Position numbers and translations under genes: made by a program | Notes under the pieces: model-generated | What the model was told of the DNA's origin: nothing | Databases searched by the model: none | What the model saw: only the letters and a program-made list of their open reading frames with translations | Source: Candidatus Omnitrophota bacterium | GTDB taxonomy: Bacteria > Omnitrophota > Gorgyraeia > Zapsychrales > JANLHA01 | Direction of reading: 5' to 3' | Length of the DNA stretch: 64,000 nt | NCBI GenBank assembly: GCA_020632535.1 | Contig: JACKFJ010000001.1 | Location: 346,890-410,889, forward strand | Part shown: piece by piece, positions 19,845 through 30,404 of the stretch | How the letters are laid out: each line of letters starts with the position of its first letter | Position numbering within the stretch: position 1 is the first letter of the stretch

Positions 19845-21824
19845 ATGCCAAAGCTCAAAGAAAATCTTACTCGCAAATTGAAGGTCCCCGCAATGCAAAA
19901 TATTTATCATGATGTTTCGCGGTTTGCCGAACAAGATAGTTATCTTTTTAAGGAGGGTAATCACTTTCAGCTTTATGAAAAGCTTGGCGCGCATCAAATG
20001 CAGCGCGACGGTGTCGATGGTATTTATTTTGCGGTTTGGGCTCCAAACGCTCAATGGGTTTCTGTCATTGGTGATTTTAATGGATGGAACAATCAGACTC
20101 ATAAGCTAGCCAATCGCTGGGATAGTTCAGGTATTTGGGAGGGGTTTATTCCGCATTTAGCTCACGGTGAAGTTTATAAATATCATATTGCCTCTCGACA
20201 CAATGGTTTTCAAGCTGAAAAAGCTGATCCTTTCGCATTTGCTACAGAAGTCCCGCCTCGAACTGCTTCAAAAGTTTGGAACATCGATTATCAATGGCAA
20301 GATCAACAATGGATGAAAAGTCGCGGTCCAAAGAACGCGGCGCAGGCGCCGTATTCGGTTTATGAAGTGCATTTGGGTTCATGGCGGCGTGTTCCAGAAG
20401 ATGGCAATCGTTCATTAACATATCGTGAGCACGCAAATTATCTTGTTGATTATGTCAAGAAAATGGGATTTACGCATGTGGAATTGATGCCGATTATGGA
20501 ACATCCTTTTTATGGGTCGTGGGGGTATCAATGTTTGGGATATTTTTCGCCGACGAGCCGTTACGGTGATCCGCAAGACTTAATGTTTTTGATTGATTCT
20601 TTTCATCAAAATGGAATTGGCGTTATTTTGGATTGGGTGCCGTCGCATTTTCCGGGTGATGGCCATGGTTTGGCTTATTTTGACGGGACACATCTCTTTG
20701 AACATAGTGATCCTCAAAAAGGCTTTCATCCCGATTGGAAAAGTTATATTTTTAATATGGGTCGCAGTGAAGTCAAAGAATTCTTGATTTCGAGCGCGCT
20801 TTTTTGGTTTGATAAATATCATGTGGATGGTTTGCGCGTTGACGCTGTGGCGTCGATGCTGTATTTAGATTATTCACGAAAAGAGGGGGAGTGGATTCCC
20901 AATGTTTATGGCGGTCGTGAAAACTTAGAAGCGATTGGGTTTTTGCGGCAAATGAATGAAGTCATTTATCAGAAATTTCCTGACGTGCAGATGATCGCGG
21001 AAGAGTCTACGGCTTGGGGGGGTGTTTCCCGTCCGACGAATTATGGTGGATTAGGATTTGGCATGAAATGGAACATGGGTTGGATGCATGATACGCTCGA
21101 GTATTTTACGAAAGAGCCGGTTTTTCGTAAATTTCATCACAGTGAATTGACATTTAGCATGTTATACGCGTTTACGGAAAATTTTACTTTGTCACTGTCC
21201 CACGATGAAGTTGTTCATGGGAAGGGGTCAATTTTTTCTCGAATGCCGGGGGACGATTGGCAGCGATGGGCGAATATGCGACTTTTGTATGCGTATATGT
21301 TTGCTCATCCGGGTAAAAAATTGCTTTTTATGGGTAATGAATTTGGGCAGTGGGCGGAATGGAAGCACGAGGAAAGTCTTGATTGGCACGTGATGCAATA
21401 TTCTCAGCATGGTGGTATTCAGAGTTTGGTTCGCGATCTTAATAGACTCATTATTAAAGAGCCGGCGCTGCATACTTTTGATTTTGAAGGAAATGGTTTT
21501 GAGTGGGTTGATCATAGTGATTGGCAAAGTAGTATTCTTGCCTTTTTACGTAAAGGTTCTTCGCCGGATGATACGGTTATGATCATTTGTAATTTTACAC
21601 CTGTTGTGCGTCATGATTATCGAATTGGTGCTCCCGCTGATGGATTTTGGCAAGAAATTTTTAACAGCGACGCGCAATTTTACGGCGGTGTTAATCTTGG
21701 GAATTGTGGCGGGGTGCAGGCTGATCCCATACCGTGGCATGGCCGAGAATTTTCAGTTTTGCTCACATTGCCACCATTAGGTGTTGTATACCTTAAAAGG
21801 TCGTTAAAAAAGATTGCAAAATAG
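19845..21824 (+). CDS. glgB: 1,4-alpha-glucan branching enzyme (GH13)
   Basis: RBS aaaggag precedes ATG 19845. YEVHLGSW, GVILDWVPSHF, DGLRVDAVASMLY, IAEESTAW and SHDEVVHGK (GH13 conserved regions I-IV). Confidence 0.9.
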   Translation: MPKLKENLTRKLKVPAMQNIYHDVSRFAEQDSYLFKEGNHFQLYEKLGAHQMQRDGVDGIYFAVWAPNAQWVSVIGDFNGWNNQTHKLANRWDSSGIWEGFIPHLAHGEVYKYHIASRHNGFQAEKADPFAFATEVPPRTASKVWNIDYQWQDQQWMKSRGPKNAAQAPYSVYEVHLGSWRRVPEDGNRSLTYREHANYLVDYVKKMGFTHVELMPIMEHPFYGSWGYQCLGYFSPTSRYGDPQDLMFLIDSFHQNGIGVILDWVPSHFPGDGHGLAYFDGTHLFEHSDPQKGFHPDWKSYIFNMGRSEVKEFLISSALFWFDKYHVDGLRVDAVASMLYLDYSRKEGEWIPNVYGGRENLEAIGFLRQMNEVIYQKFPDVQMIAEESTAWGGVSRPTNYGGLGFGMKWNMGWMHDTLEYFTKEPVFRKFHHSELTFSMLYAFTENFTLSLSHDEVVHGKGSIFSRMPGDDWQRWANMRLLYAYMFAHPGKKLLFMGNEFGQWAEWKHEESLDWHVMQYSQHGGIQSLVRDLNRLIIKEPALHTFDFEGNGFEWVDHSDWQSSILAFLRKGSSPDDTVMIICNFTPVVRHDYRIGAPADGFWQEIFNSDAQFYGGVNLGNCGGVQADPIPWHGREFSVLLTLPPLGVVYLKRSLKKIAK

Positions 21825-21835
21825 CTCTGTCAATA

Positions 21836-24271
21836 ATGGCCGATAATAATAAAAAATATATTTGTCTTCACGGCCATTTCTATCAGCCTCCTCGGGAAAA
21901 TCCTTGGCTTGAGGAAATTGAAATCCAGGACTCCGCTCATCCGTACCGCAATTGGAATGAACGTATTACCGCTGAATGTTACGCGCCGAATTCTGCTTCT
22001 CGTATTCTTGATGATAAGGGTCATATTCGCGACATCATCAATAATTATTCGAAAATGAGTTTTAACTTTGGCCCGACTTTATTGGCGTGGCTCGAGCGTT
22101 TTTCTCCTTTGGTATACAATGCCATTCTTGAAGCTGATAAGATCAGTCTTGGTAACTTTTCTGGACATGGGGCCGCCATTGCGCAAGCGTATAATCATAT
22201 GATTTTGCCGTTATGCAATGAGCGTGACCGACGCACGCAGGTGGCATGGGGCATAGCCGATTTCGAGGCGCGTTTTAAGCGCAAACCGGAGGGGATGTGG
22301 CTTCCCGAAACAGCCGTGAACACCGCGTCATTGGAAATGCTCGCTGAATTTGGAATTCAGTTTACGATTCTCGCGCCACGTCAGGCGAAGAGAATAAGAA
22401 GAAAAGGTGAGAAAAGTTGGCACAATATTAAAGATGCTAATATTGATTCACAGCAGGCATATGATTGTCATTTGCCTTCGGGAAAATCAATTGTGCTCTT
22501 TTTTTATGATGGGCCAATATCCCATGATATTGCTTTCGCGGGATTATTGAATAATGGTGAGAATTTTGCGGCACGATTGATTAATTCTTTCCCAAAGGAT
22601 TCGGGGCAATCTCGGCTTGTCACGGCGGCAACCGATGGTGAAACGTTTGGACATCATCATCGTTTTGGAAATATGGCATTATCATATTGTTTGCATTTGC
22701 TTGAGTCTAACAAATCAATATCCAACACGATTTATGGGGAATATTTGAGTCAAAATGCTCCTGCTTTTGAAGTTGAGATTTTTGAGGATTCGTCGTGGAG
22801 TTGTGCCCATGGCGTTGAACGTTGGAGAAGTGATTGTGGCTGTAAAGTTGGGAATAATCAATGGCAGCAAAAATGGCGCGCGCCATTGCGTGAATCTTTA
22901 GACTGGCTGCGTGATACAACAGCCCATCACTTTGAAAATGGGATGGCGGGGTTTTGTCAGGATCCGTGGCAGGCTCGTGATCAGTATATTTCCGTGCTCC
23001 TTGATCGTTCGCAATTATCGATTGAAAAATATTTTGCAAATTATTTTCGAGCGACATTGGCGAAAGAGGAGAAAGTGAGAGCTTTAAAGCTTTTGGAATT
23101 AGAGCGCCACGCGATGTTTATGTATACAAGCTGTGGCTGGTTTTTTGATGAGATTTCTGGCATTGAGACGGTGCAGATTTTGCGTTACGCGGCACGCGTG
23201 ATTCAATTGACGAGGGAAGTTGTCGGCATCGATCTTGAAGACGAATTTATTCGTCGTCTGGAACTTGCGCCAAGTAATATGACGGATGTTAAAAACGGGG
23301 CAGATGTTTATCGTCGATATGTTAAGCCGTCGAGTATCAGCCTTTTAAATGTGGGTGTTCATTTCGCGATATTATCTGCTTTTGAAAAATTTCCGGAAAC
23401 AGCCCATATCTATTGTTATACGATTCGTACGCTAGTTTCTCATGAATATGAGATCGGTAAACAAAGACTTTCAATTGGACGTGTTCTTATTCGTTCCTTA
23501 ATCACATGGGAAGAGGTTGAAGTCGATTTTTCGGTTTTGTATTTTGGTGAGTACAATTTAAACGGCGGTGTTCGTTATCATGTTAATTCCGACGCATTTA
23601 AGGCAATGCATGATGATTTGCATCATTGTTTTATCAAAAGCGATATTACGCAAGTCATTACATTGATGAATAAATATTTCGATAAAGATAATTATTCATT
23701 GTGGGATTTATTTAAGAACGAACAGGGCAAGGTTCTCAATCAAATTTTTGAATCGACAATGGATGTCATTTCGGCAAATTTTCGTGAAATTTATGAACAT
23801 TACTATCCTTTGATGCGGATTAGGTCGGATATCAAAGTTTCGCTGCCTAAGGCTTTGGCCATGACGGTGGAATTTGTTTTAACGCGCGACATGACGATGG
23901 TACTCGAAAATGATTTTCTGGATTTAGATAAATTGGAGCGTCTCGCGCAGGAAATGCGGCTTTGGACATTTACCCGTGATAAAGAAAACTTGGGGTTTGT
24001 CGCAGGAAAGAGAGTGGAGAAATTGATGGCGCATTTTTACGCTAATCCGCATGACATTGATGTCGGCCGATCAATCGCGACCGTTTTGCGTATTTTGCGA
24101 ACATTGTCATTAGATATTGATTTATGGAAAACACAGAATTATTATTTTGCAATGTTTAAGAGTATTTACCCTATTATGAACGAGAAGAAAAAGCAGGGCG
24201 AGGAATCCGCGCATCACTGGGTCGCTGGATTTGAAAACTTAGGGCGTTACTTAAAAGTCGCATTATCGTAG
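21836..24271 (+). CDS. glycoside hydrolase family 57 protein with long C-terminal helical (DUF3536-like) region
   Basis: CLHGHFYQPPRENPW, GAAIAQAYNHMILPL, WLPETAV and TDGETFGHHH match GH57 conserved blocks. Confidence 0.8.
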   Translation: MADNNKKYICLHGHFYQPPRENPWLEEIEIQDSAHPYRNWNERITAECYAPNSASRILDDKGHIRDIINNYSKMSFNFGPTLLAWLERFSPLVYNAILEADKISLGNFSGHGAAIAQAYNHMILPLCNERDRRTQVAWGIADFEARFKRKPEGMWLPETAVNTASLEMLAEFGIQFTILAPRQAKRIRRKGEKSWHNIKDANIDSQQAYDCHLPSGKSIVLFFYDGPISHDIAFAGLLNNGENFAARLINSFPKDSGQSRLVTAATDGETFGHHHRFGNMALSYCLHLLESNKSISNTIYGEYLSQNAPAFEVEIFEDSSWSCAHGVERWRSDCGCKVGNNQWQQKWRAPLRESLDWLRDTTAHHFENGMAGFCQDPWQARDQYISVLLDRSQLSIEKYFANYFRATLAKEEKVRALKLLELERHAMFMYTSCGWFFDEISGIETVQILRYAARVIQLTREVVGIDLEDEFIRRLELAPSNMTDVKNGADVYRRYVKPSSISLLNVGVHFAILSAFEKFPETAHIYCYTIRTLVSHEYEIGKQRLSIGRVLIRSLITWEEVEVDFSVLYFGEYNLNGGVRYHVNSDAFKAMHDDLHHCFIKSDITQVITLMNKYFDKDNYSLWDLFKNEQGKVLNQIFESTMDVISANFREIYEHYYPLMRIRSDIKVSLPKALAMTVEFVLTRDMTMVLENDFLDLDKLERLAQEMRLWTFTRDKENLGFVAGKRVEKLMAHFYANPHDIDVGRSIATVLRILRTLSLDIDLWKTQNYYFAMFKSIYPIMNEKKKQGEESAHHWVAGFENLGRYLKVALS

Positions 24272-24279
24272 GAGTTGAA

Positions 24280-25776
24280 ATGTTTCAGAGATCAAGCGGA
24301 ATCCTTTTGCATATAACATCATTGCCGTCCTTGGGTGGAATTGGTGATTTTGGACCGGCGGCGTATGATTTTGCGGATTTTTTGCATGCGTCTGGACAAA
24401 AGTATTGGCAAATTCTGCCGTTAAATCCGACAGATTTTGTATATGGGAATTGTCCCTATAGCAGTCCATCCGCGTTTGCCATGAATATGCTTTTTATCAG
24501 TCCGGAGTTGCTTGTCAATGATGGATTGTTAAAAAAGGATGAATTAAGTACGTTGCCGACCCCCTTAGTCGCGGATAAGGTCGATTACAATACAGTTATT
24601 GATAAAAAAATTAAACTTTTGGATCAAGCGTTTGGGCGATTTAAGAATAGTGAGCAGGAAAATAATGATTTTGTCACGTTTTGTGAAAGAAATAGTTTTT
24701 GGCTTGAGACGTATGCCGCGTTTGTGATTTTTAAAAAACGCTTTAATGGCATGATTTGGAGTGATTGGCCGGATGACATTCGGGCGGGACGAGAGGCGAT
24801 TTTGAAGGAATTTCGTGCGAAATTTGTCGAGGATATCAAGCGCGTCAAGTTTTTTCAGTACATTGCTTTTAAGCAATGGGCTTTGCTTCGTGAATATTGC
24901 CTGCAAAAGGGGATTTCTTTTATTGGTGATATTCCAATTTATGTCAATGAGGATAGTGCCGATGTTTGGGGGAATCCGTACTTTTTTAAGTTAAGCGCGG
25001 CATTCAAACCCGTCTTTGTTGCCGGAGTTCCACCAGACTATTTTAGTAAAACTGGTCAGCGTTGGGGCAATCCGATTTATGATTGGGAGCGTATTAAAGC
25101 TTCGAATTATGAGTGGTGGATGCAGCGTATCCGTCATAATTTGAATTTATTTGATGTGATTCGTATTGATCATTTTCGGGGCTTAATGGGGTATTGGGAA
25201 ATTCCGGCTGATGAAAAAACGGCAGTCAATGGGCACTGGACAAAAGGGCCGGGAGAGAATTTTCTCGCGCATTTGCGAAAAGAGTATCCTAATCTTCCAA
25301 TTATCGCTGAAGATTTGGGTCTTATTACGGCGGATGTTAGTGAGGCGATGCAAAAATTTAATTTGCCCGGAATGAAAGTTCTCCATTTCGCGTTTGGTGG
25401 CGATCTCAAACATCCCTATTTGCCGGAGAATTATCCCGAGCAATGTATTGTTTATACGGGTACGCATGATAATAATACGACGAGAGGTTGGTTTAATTGT
25501 GATGCTTTACCGCAGGAAAAGGAATTTTTAAAGACGTATTTGAAAAAAGAAGTACGTGAGGAAACGATCGCAACGGATCTTATTGATGTGGCATTAAAAT
25601 CGCGCGCGGTTTTATCAATCGTGCCCATGCAGGATGTTCTTAATCTCAATGAAAAGAGTCGCATGAATACTCCGGGTACGGTCTTGGATAATTGGGAATG
25701 GCGTCTCGTTACCGGCAGTCTTACAAAGAACCTTTCGCAGATGTTGCGGCAACTAATTAAGAAGAGCAATCGCTAA
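24280..25776 (+). CDS. malQ: 4-alpha-glucanotransferase (amylomaltase, GH77)
   Basis: RSSGILLHITSLPS, GDIPIYV, GQRWGNPIYDW, IRIDHFRG, IIAEDLG and TGTHDNNT. Confidence 0.9.
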   Translation: MFQRSSGILLHITSLPSLGGIGDFGPAAYDFADFLHASGQKYWQILPLNPTDFVYGNCPYSSPSAFAMNMLFISPELLVNDGLLKKDELSTLPTPLVADKVDYNTVIDKKIKLLDQAFGRFKNSEQENNDFVTFCERNSFWLETYAAFVIFKKRFNGMIWSDWPDDIRAGREAILKEFRAKFVEDIKRVKFFQYIAFKQWALLREYCLQKGISFIGDIPIYVNEDSADVWGNPYFFKLSAAFKPVFVAGVPPDYFSKTGQRWGNPIYDWERIKASNYEWWMQRIRHNLNLFDVIRIDHFRGLMGYWEIPADEKTAVNGHWTKGPGENFLAHLRKEYPNLPIIAEDLGLITADVSEAMQKFNLPGMKVLHFAFGGDLKHPYLPENYPEQCIVYTGTHDNNTTRGWFNCDALPQEKEFLKTYLKKEVREETIATDLIDVALKSRAVLSIVPMQDVLNLNEKSRMNTPGTVLDNWEWRLVTGSLTKNLSQMLRQLIKKSNR

Positions 25777-25841
25777 ATTCTAAAATAGATAATGGCCTTT
25801 ATTCCCTTGAGGGAAGTGAGTGGCTGTGTTAGAATTTTTCC

Positions 25842-26396
25842 ATGAAGCGTGTGTATGTCTTTCTTTTATTTTTCCTGGTTGTAAATTCCGTAGGTTGCAG
25901 TAGTCACCGTCGTGACAGTGTCACTTCGGGTGCGGCTCTTTCGCCTTTGAAGGAAGCCCGCATTTTTCAAAAAGATCAGTTTGCTAAAGGTGGGAATATT
26001 CTAATTGTTCCTTTTAGCGCTGGTGAAAATGTGTCGGCGAGTGATGATTTGGATCATGTTGCGCTCATGATTGTCAGAGGTATTGCCGATGTTTTGGGTT
26101 CAGAGCAAAAGCCTTTCAAGGTTCTTGTTCGTCAAGATGCTCAAGAAGCTGATATTGTGATTAAGGGTCGCATTTTGCAAATGGATTTAAAGAAAAATCT
26201 TAAAAAACCTTGGGCCCAACGTGTACGAAAGCTGACCCTTGAAATTGAAGGATCGGTGCTCGCGGTTGAGCCGGAGGAAATTTTAGCTAAGTTTTCGCAG
26301 ATTAAAAAAAGCAAGAGTCGAGCCGATAGTCTTGAGTCTATGGGATACGTGATGGGGACTGAAATTGGGCAATTTTTGCTGTCGAATGCTCGATAA
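25842..26396 (+). CDS. lipoprotein, function unknown
   Basis: Signal peptide with lipobox-like VNSVGC. No recognisable domain. Confidence 0.6.
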   Translation: MKRVYVFLLFFLVVNSVGCSSHRRDSVTSGAALSPLKEARIFQKDQFAKGGNILIVPFSAGENVSASDDLDHVALMIVRGIADVLGSEQKPFKVLVRQDAQEADIVIKGRILQMDLKKNLKKPWAQRVRKLTLEIEGSVLAVEPEEILAKFSQIKKSKSRADSLESMGYVMGTEIGQFLLSNAR

Positions 26397-26420
26397 AATA
26401 TTTGTTATGGGAGTACGTGC

Positions 26421-27389
26421 GTGATTGTTGTTACTGGCGGTGCCGGATTTATTGGGAGTTGTATTATTGCGCGACTAAATTCGTTCGGGTGGAGTGAGAT
26501 TATTGTCGTCGATCATCTTCCCAATGGCGTTGAAAGCAGTGAAAACCTTAAGAAAAAGAAATACGTCCAATATCTGGATAAAGCCGATTTTTTAAAAGCC
26601 GTTGAATCGGACACCGTTGACGCAAAAGTTGAAATTGTGATTCACATGGGCGCGTGCAGTGACACCACGGGAACAGACGCCAAGTATTATGAGGAAAACA
26701 ACTTTTTGTATACTAAGCGTTTGGCGCAGTGGTGTTTAAAAAAGAATGTGCGCTTTATTTATGCCAGTTCCGCCGCGACGTATGGTGATGGGCAGCAGGG
26801 GTATTGTGATGACGAGGCGACGATACGGAAATTAAAGCCGTTGAATTTGTACGGTGAGTCTAAACACAAGTTTGATCTTTGGGCTTTAGATCAGAAAGTC
26901 ACTGATCGCATGGTGGGTCTTAAATTCTTTAATGTTTTTGGCCCTAATGAATATCATAAGGGTCAGATGCGCAGCGTCGTTGCCAAGTCATACACCACAT
27001 TACAGAAGGAAGGTCATATATCGCTTTTTAAATCCTATCGCCCAGAATTCAAAGACGGTGAGCAAAAGCGGGATTTTATTTATGTGAAGGACGCGGTGGA
27101 TGTCGTTGTTTATTTTATGGAAAATCCGCAAATCAATGGGATTTTTAATTTAGGAACAGGGCAAGCACAAACGTGGAATGATTTGGCCAAAGCTCTTTTT
27201 GCCAGCGTTGGTCGGGAATTAAAAATCGAGTACATTGAAATGCCCGAACAGTTGCGTTCACAATACCAATACTTTACTCAAGCGGACATGGACAAGCTTC
27301 GACGCAGCGGATATACAAAGTCATTTATGAGCCTTAATGATGCCGTCAAAGATTATGTTGGATATTTAAAAAACAACAGTACTTATTAA
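26421..27389 (+). CDS. hldD: ADP-L-glycero-D-manno-heptose 6-epimerase
   Basis: VTGGAGFIGS, YASSAATYG, LNLYGESK, FFNVFGPNEYHKG, KRDFIYVKD and GIFNLGTG are collinear with HldD/RfaD. GTG start. Confidence 0.85.
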   Translation: MIVVTGGAGFIGSCIIARLNSFGWSEIIVVDHLPNGVESSENLKKKKYVQYLDKADFLKAVESDTVDAKVEIVIHMGACSDTTGTDAKYYEENNFLYTKRLAQWCLKKNVRFIYASSAATYGDGQQGYCDDEATIRKLKPLNLYGESKHKFDLWALDQKVTDRMVGLKFFNVFGPNEYHKGQMRSVVAKSYTTLQKEGHISLFKSYRPEFKDGEQKRDFIYVKDAVDVVVYFMENPQINGIFNLGTGQAQTWNDLAKALFASVGRELKIEYIEMPEQLRSQYQYFTQADMDKLRRSGYTKSFMSLNDAVKDYVGYLKNNSTY

Positions 27390-27391
27390 CT

Positions 27392-28291
27392 ATGTCAGCA
27401 TTGATTCTTATAATCGCGTTTTTTGTTATCCTCACTTTTGTGATTGGCGCGTCACTTCTTTTTCGGGGATACGAAAACATCGCCTCTGGAGAGATCGCGC
27501 CGGCCGGCGAATTAAAAAAGACGCAGGCAGATTTAAAACTTTCTAAAGATGAAACTGAGAAATTACGTGTTCAAGCAAATAGTTTGGCGGTTGGTCTTGA
27601 GGAAATGAAGAGCAAGTTGGCGTGGGCACAAGGCAATGTTAAAACGTTAGAGGAGACCATTGGCAAAGCGGCCGAAACACAAGCGCGTCTTAATCAAATT
27701 GAGATGGATTTGAATTTTCTTTCACAAAAAGCTGATTCGCAGGCGCGTGAGGCCATTGACGTTATTACCCGACTGGCAGCCGAGAGGGATGCTTTACAGA
27801 AAACGATTACCGAAAAAACTGCAACCACTAACACGGCGCAGGTCACGCAGTTAACCGATGAAAATAGTAAGCTCAAGATTCAAATTGACGGGTATGCCAG
27901 CAAGGTTAAAGATTTAGAAGCGGTTGTGAAATCGGCGCAAGATGCCGCAAGTCAAGTTGCCGTAGCCGAAGAGGAATTGAAGAAAGTGCGTTTACAAAAT
28001 GAGGAGCGTGTGGTTCAGGCCAATGCCGCGCTTGTTAAGATAAACAGCGAAGTTGAATTATTAAACAGTCAGATTATGGAAAAGGATCAGCGTATTAAGA
28101 AATTTACCGAGGAAGCTTTCTCGATTAAAGATAAAGAAGATTTGCAAAAACGTCTCGATGATATGCAGGCTGCGAATCAACATTTGCGGGATAAGGAAAA
28201 AGTGCTCACGTATAAGCTTGCTCAATCGCGCGCGCAAGCCATGACTTTGGAAAAGATTTGTGAAGAGTTTAAGCAGCAGGTTGGCGGTTAG
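27392..28291 (+). CDS. membrane-anchored coiled-coil protein, function unknown
   Basis: N-terminal TM helix ALILIIAFFVILTFVIGASLLF, then ~260 aa of heptad-like Glu/Lys/Gln/Ala-rich sequence. Confidence 0.6.
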   Translation: MSALILIIAFFVILTFVIGASLLFRGYENIASGEIAPAGELKKTQADLKLSKDETEKLRVQANSLAVGLEEMKSKLAWAQGNVKTLEETIGKAAETQARLNQIEMDLNFLSQKADSQAREAIDVITRLAAERDALQKTITEKTATTNTAQVTQLTDENSKLKIQIDGYASKVKDLEAVVKSAQDAASQVAVAEEELKKVRLQNEERVVQANAALVKINSEVELLNSQIMEKDQRIKKFTEEAFSIKDKEDLQKRLDDMQAANQHLRDKEKVLTYKLAQSRAQAMTLEKICEEFKQQVGG

Positions 28292-28308
28292 GCTATGGAG
28301 GAAGGGTT

Positions 28309-28728
28309 GTGATTGTTGCCGGTGATATTATGTCTGAAGATGTTATCGATGTTTCGGGGACGATGTTGATTCGACAAGTCGCGCATTTGATGTTGCGCAA
28401 GCGCGTTTCCGCTTTTCCGGTCGTGGACAAAAAGGATGGACTGGTTGGGATTATTTCGATGACGGATCTTTTTATGATGATCAATAAAGCTTTTATAAAA
28501 AATACTGACGCGGAGTTTCACAAGCGTTTGGCGATGTTTCGGGATATGACCGTCAGTGATATTATGACCAGAAAAGTCATTTCGATTCTGCCTGAAACAA
28601 CGCTTGATGAAATTGTCAATTTGGTTGCGAAAAAGAAGGTCCATGTTTTTCCGGTTATGTCAAAGAAGAAAATTGTTGGGATTGTTAGCCGTCACGATAT
28701 TCTTAACGCGGTCTTTTCGTACGATTAA
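28309..28728 (+). CDS. CBS-domain pair protein
   Basis: Two CBS repeats: IMSEDVIDV...SAFPVVDKKDGLVGIISMTDL and IMTRKVISI...HVFPVMSKKKIVGIVSRHDIL. Confidence 0.8.
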   Translation: MIVAGDIMSEDVIDVSGTMLIRQVAHLMLRKRVSAFPVVDKKDGLVGIISMTDLFMMINKAFIKNTDAEFHKRLAMFRDMTVSDIMTRKVISILPETTLDEIVNLVAKKKVHVFPVMSKKKIVGIVSRHDILNAVFSYD

Positions 28729-28741
28729 CAGGAGGTTGGTT

Positions 28742-29185
28742 ATGAGCTTAAATGTTGTGGAAAGTTTTTTACTTCGTCAGGAAACTGTTTTGCATGCCTT
28801 AGAGCAACTGCAGTCTCTGCGCAATAATTATCGGGAAGCGCGTAAAATTTCGGGGGAATGCCGTGAAAAGATGTTTTATTATTTTCGCGTGCAAGATGAG
28901 AAATTTTATAAAAGTCTTGAGGACTTTTTTGCTGAAAATCGCCCAGCATTAAAAATGATTGAATTTTTAACTCTTGATCTTAAGGAAGTGAAAGTTAAAA
29001 CATTTAATTTCTTTGTGAAGTATGGCGTTGATAATCCTTTGGAACAAGGGCGGAATTTCGCGCGTGATTTGCGTGTTTATCGTCAGGAGATTTTGCATAG
29101 GTTTCGCGTCGAGGAAAGTTATCTTCTTCCGCTTTTAAAGAGGATGTCTGAGGAAAGTGGTCATTGGCTGGCAGGTAAATCATGA
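28742..29185 (+). CDS. hypothetical helical protein
   Basis: ATG 28742 is preceded by caggagg. The longer ORF from 28604 overlaps the CBS gene in another frame. No motif recognised. Confidence 0.5.
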   Translation: MSLNVVESFLLRQETVLHALEQLQSLRNNYREARKISGECREKMFYYFRVQDEKFYKSLEDFFAENRPALKMIEFLTLDLKEVKVKTFNFFVKYGVDNPLEQGRNFARDLRVYRQEILHRFRVEESYLLPLLKRMSEESGHWLAGKS

Positions 29186-29691
29186 TTAAAATGGTACTAG
29201 GTTTATTTTTGGCTTCATTGCTTTCCATGACGGGTTGCTCTCTGATGCAGGAGGAGGCGAAAGTTTTGTGGGGATCAAGCACGAAGGCCCTGGAAGATGC
29301 CAGAGGAGAAGCGGTTAAAAAGATTTTTGCTTGTCATCCGGACGAATGCTTTGATCGGATTATTCAATATTGCAATATTGAAACTGAAATGACCAAACAA
29401 GACGCGGATGGTTTTGAAAGGATCAATCCTGAGCAACTTTCGCGTTTGGATGATGATAAAACGATAAAAGTTAAAAATTTGGAAGTTTTTATAAAGGATC
29501 GTAAAAATAAAAAAATTGTTGTTATGGGGATTCCGGGGCACGTCAATACAACAGAAGCCGGAATTTTCTTTACTACGATTGAAGGCAAGGGAACATCCGT
29601 TGAAGTCGTATCTTTGAGTACCGCGGCTAAAATCAAAGCTGCAAATTTGATTTTTGCGGCTTTAGGTAAGGACTTTAAAGAAATTCAGTAA
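29182..29691 (+). CDS. lipoprotein, function unknown
   Basis: Lipobox LLSMTGCS. Start overlaps the upstream stop. Confidence 0.6.
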   Translation: MIKMVLGLFLASLLSMTGCSLMQEEAKVLWGSSTKALEDARGEAVKKIFACHPDECFDRIIQYCNIETEMTKQDADGFERINPEQLSRLDDDKTIKVKNLEVFIKDRKNKKIVVMGIPGHVNTTEAGIFFTTIEGKGTSVEVVSLSTAAKIKAANLIFAALGKDFKEIQ

Positions 29692-29692
29692 A

Positions 29693-30250
29693 ATGATTGA
29701 ACATGAAATGCTTTTTCTTGGGCTTTTAGTTGACGGTCCCAAGCATGGGTACGAGATTAAGCGCAAAATTGACGAGGAACTTTTTCCGTTTGTCGGGTTG
29801 AAAGTCAAGTCGATTTACTATCCATTAAAAAAAATGGAGCAGTTGAAATTAATTCACAAAGATGTTGGTCGTGAAGGAAAGTATCCCGAAAAGTTTGTTT
29901 ACAGTATCACGCCGCAGGGTCGTAAAATCTTTGATCATCTAATCACCGATAGTTTTGTTTCGATTGAGCGGCCTTTCTTTAATATTGATCTTTCTTTGTA
30001 TTTTTTGCCTTATGTCGATCAGAAAATTGCGCATAAGAAGTTGCGGGGGCGCGTTATTTTTTTGAAGCGAATCAAGCGTGACTTGACCGTTTTGCATCAC
30101 AAGCACTCGCCGAATCTTGAGCAACATTTGTCCATTATTCTTGAGCATGATTTAGACCTTGTCGAAGCTGAAATCAAGTCTTTGACCCGCCTGTTGGACA
30201 TGCTGCAAGTCCCACCTAAATCTCCCAAATCTGACCGAAGAAGTGCTTGA
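29693..30250 (+). CDS. PadR-family transcriptional regulator (long form with C-terminal domain)
   Basis: LLVDGPKHGYEIKRKI ... SIYYPLKKMEQLKLI ... KFVYSITPQGRK, the winged-helix PadR signature. Confidence 0.8.
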   Translation: MIEHEMLFLGLLVDGPKHGYEIKRKIDEELFPFVGLKVKSIYYPLKKMEQLKLIHKDVGREGKYPEKFVYSITPQGRKIFDHLITDSFVSIERPFFNIDLSLYFLPYVDQKIAHKKLRGRVIFLKRIKRDLTVLHHKHSPNLEQHLSIILEHDLDLVEAEIKSLTRLLDMLQVPPKSPKSDRRSA

Positions 30251-30274
30251 CAACAAAGTATTTTTTACTAAAAT
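30247..30274 (+). promoter_or_regulatory. candidate sigma70-type promoter of the accessory locus, overlapping the PadR stop codon
   Basis: TTGACA (30247-30252; the PadR TGA is 30248-30250), 16 nt spacer, TAAAAT (30269-30274). An AT-rich 150-nt leader follows. Confidence 0.45.
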
Positions 30275-30404
30275 CAAAGTATTAAAATTTTACTAGTATT
30301 GTGCTTTCTTTCTAATTGTAATTTGATTTAAGAGAGAAAGCATCATGCTGTACCACAATCATTTTAATCAGGCTGTAATGACTCAATTACTATAAGTACT
30401 ACAT

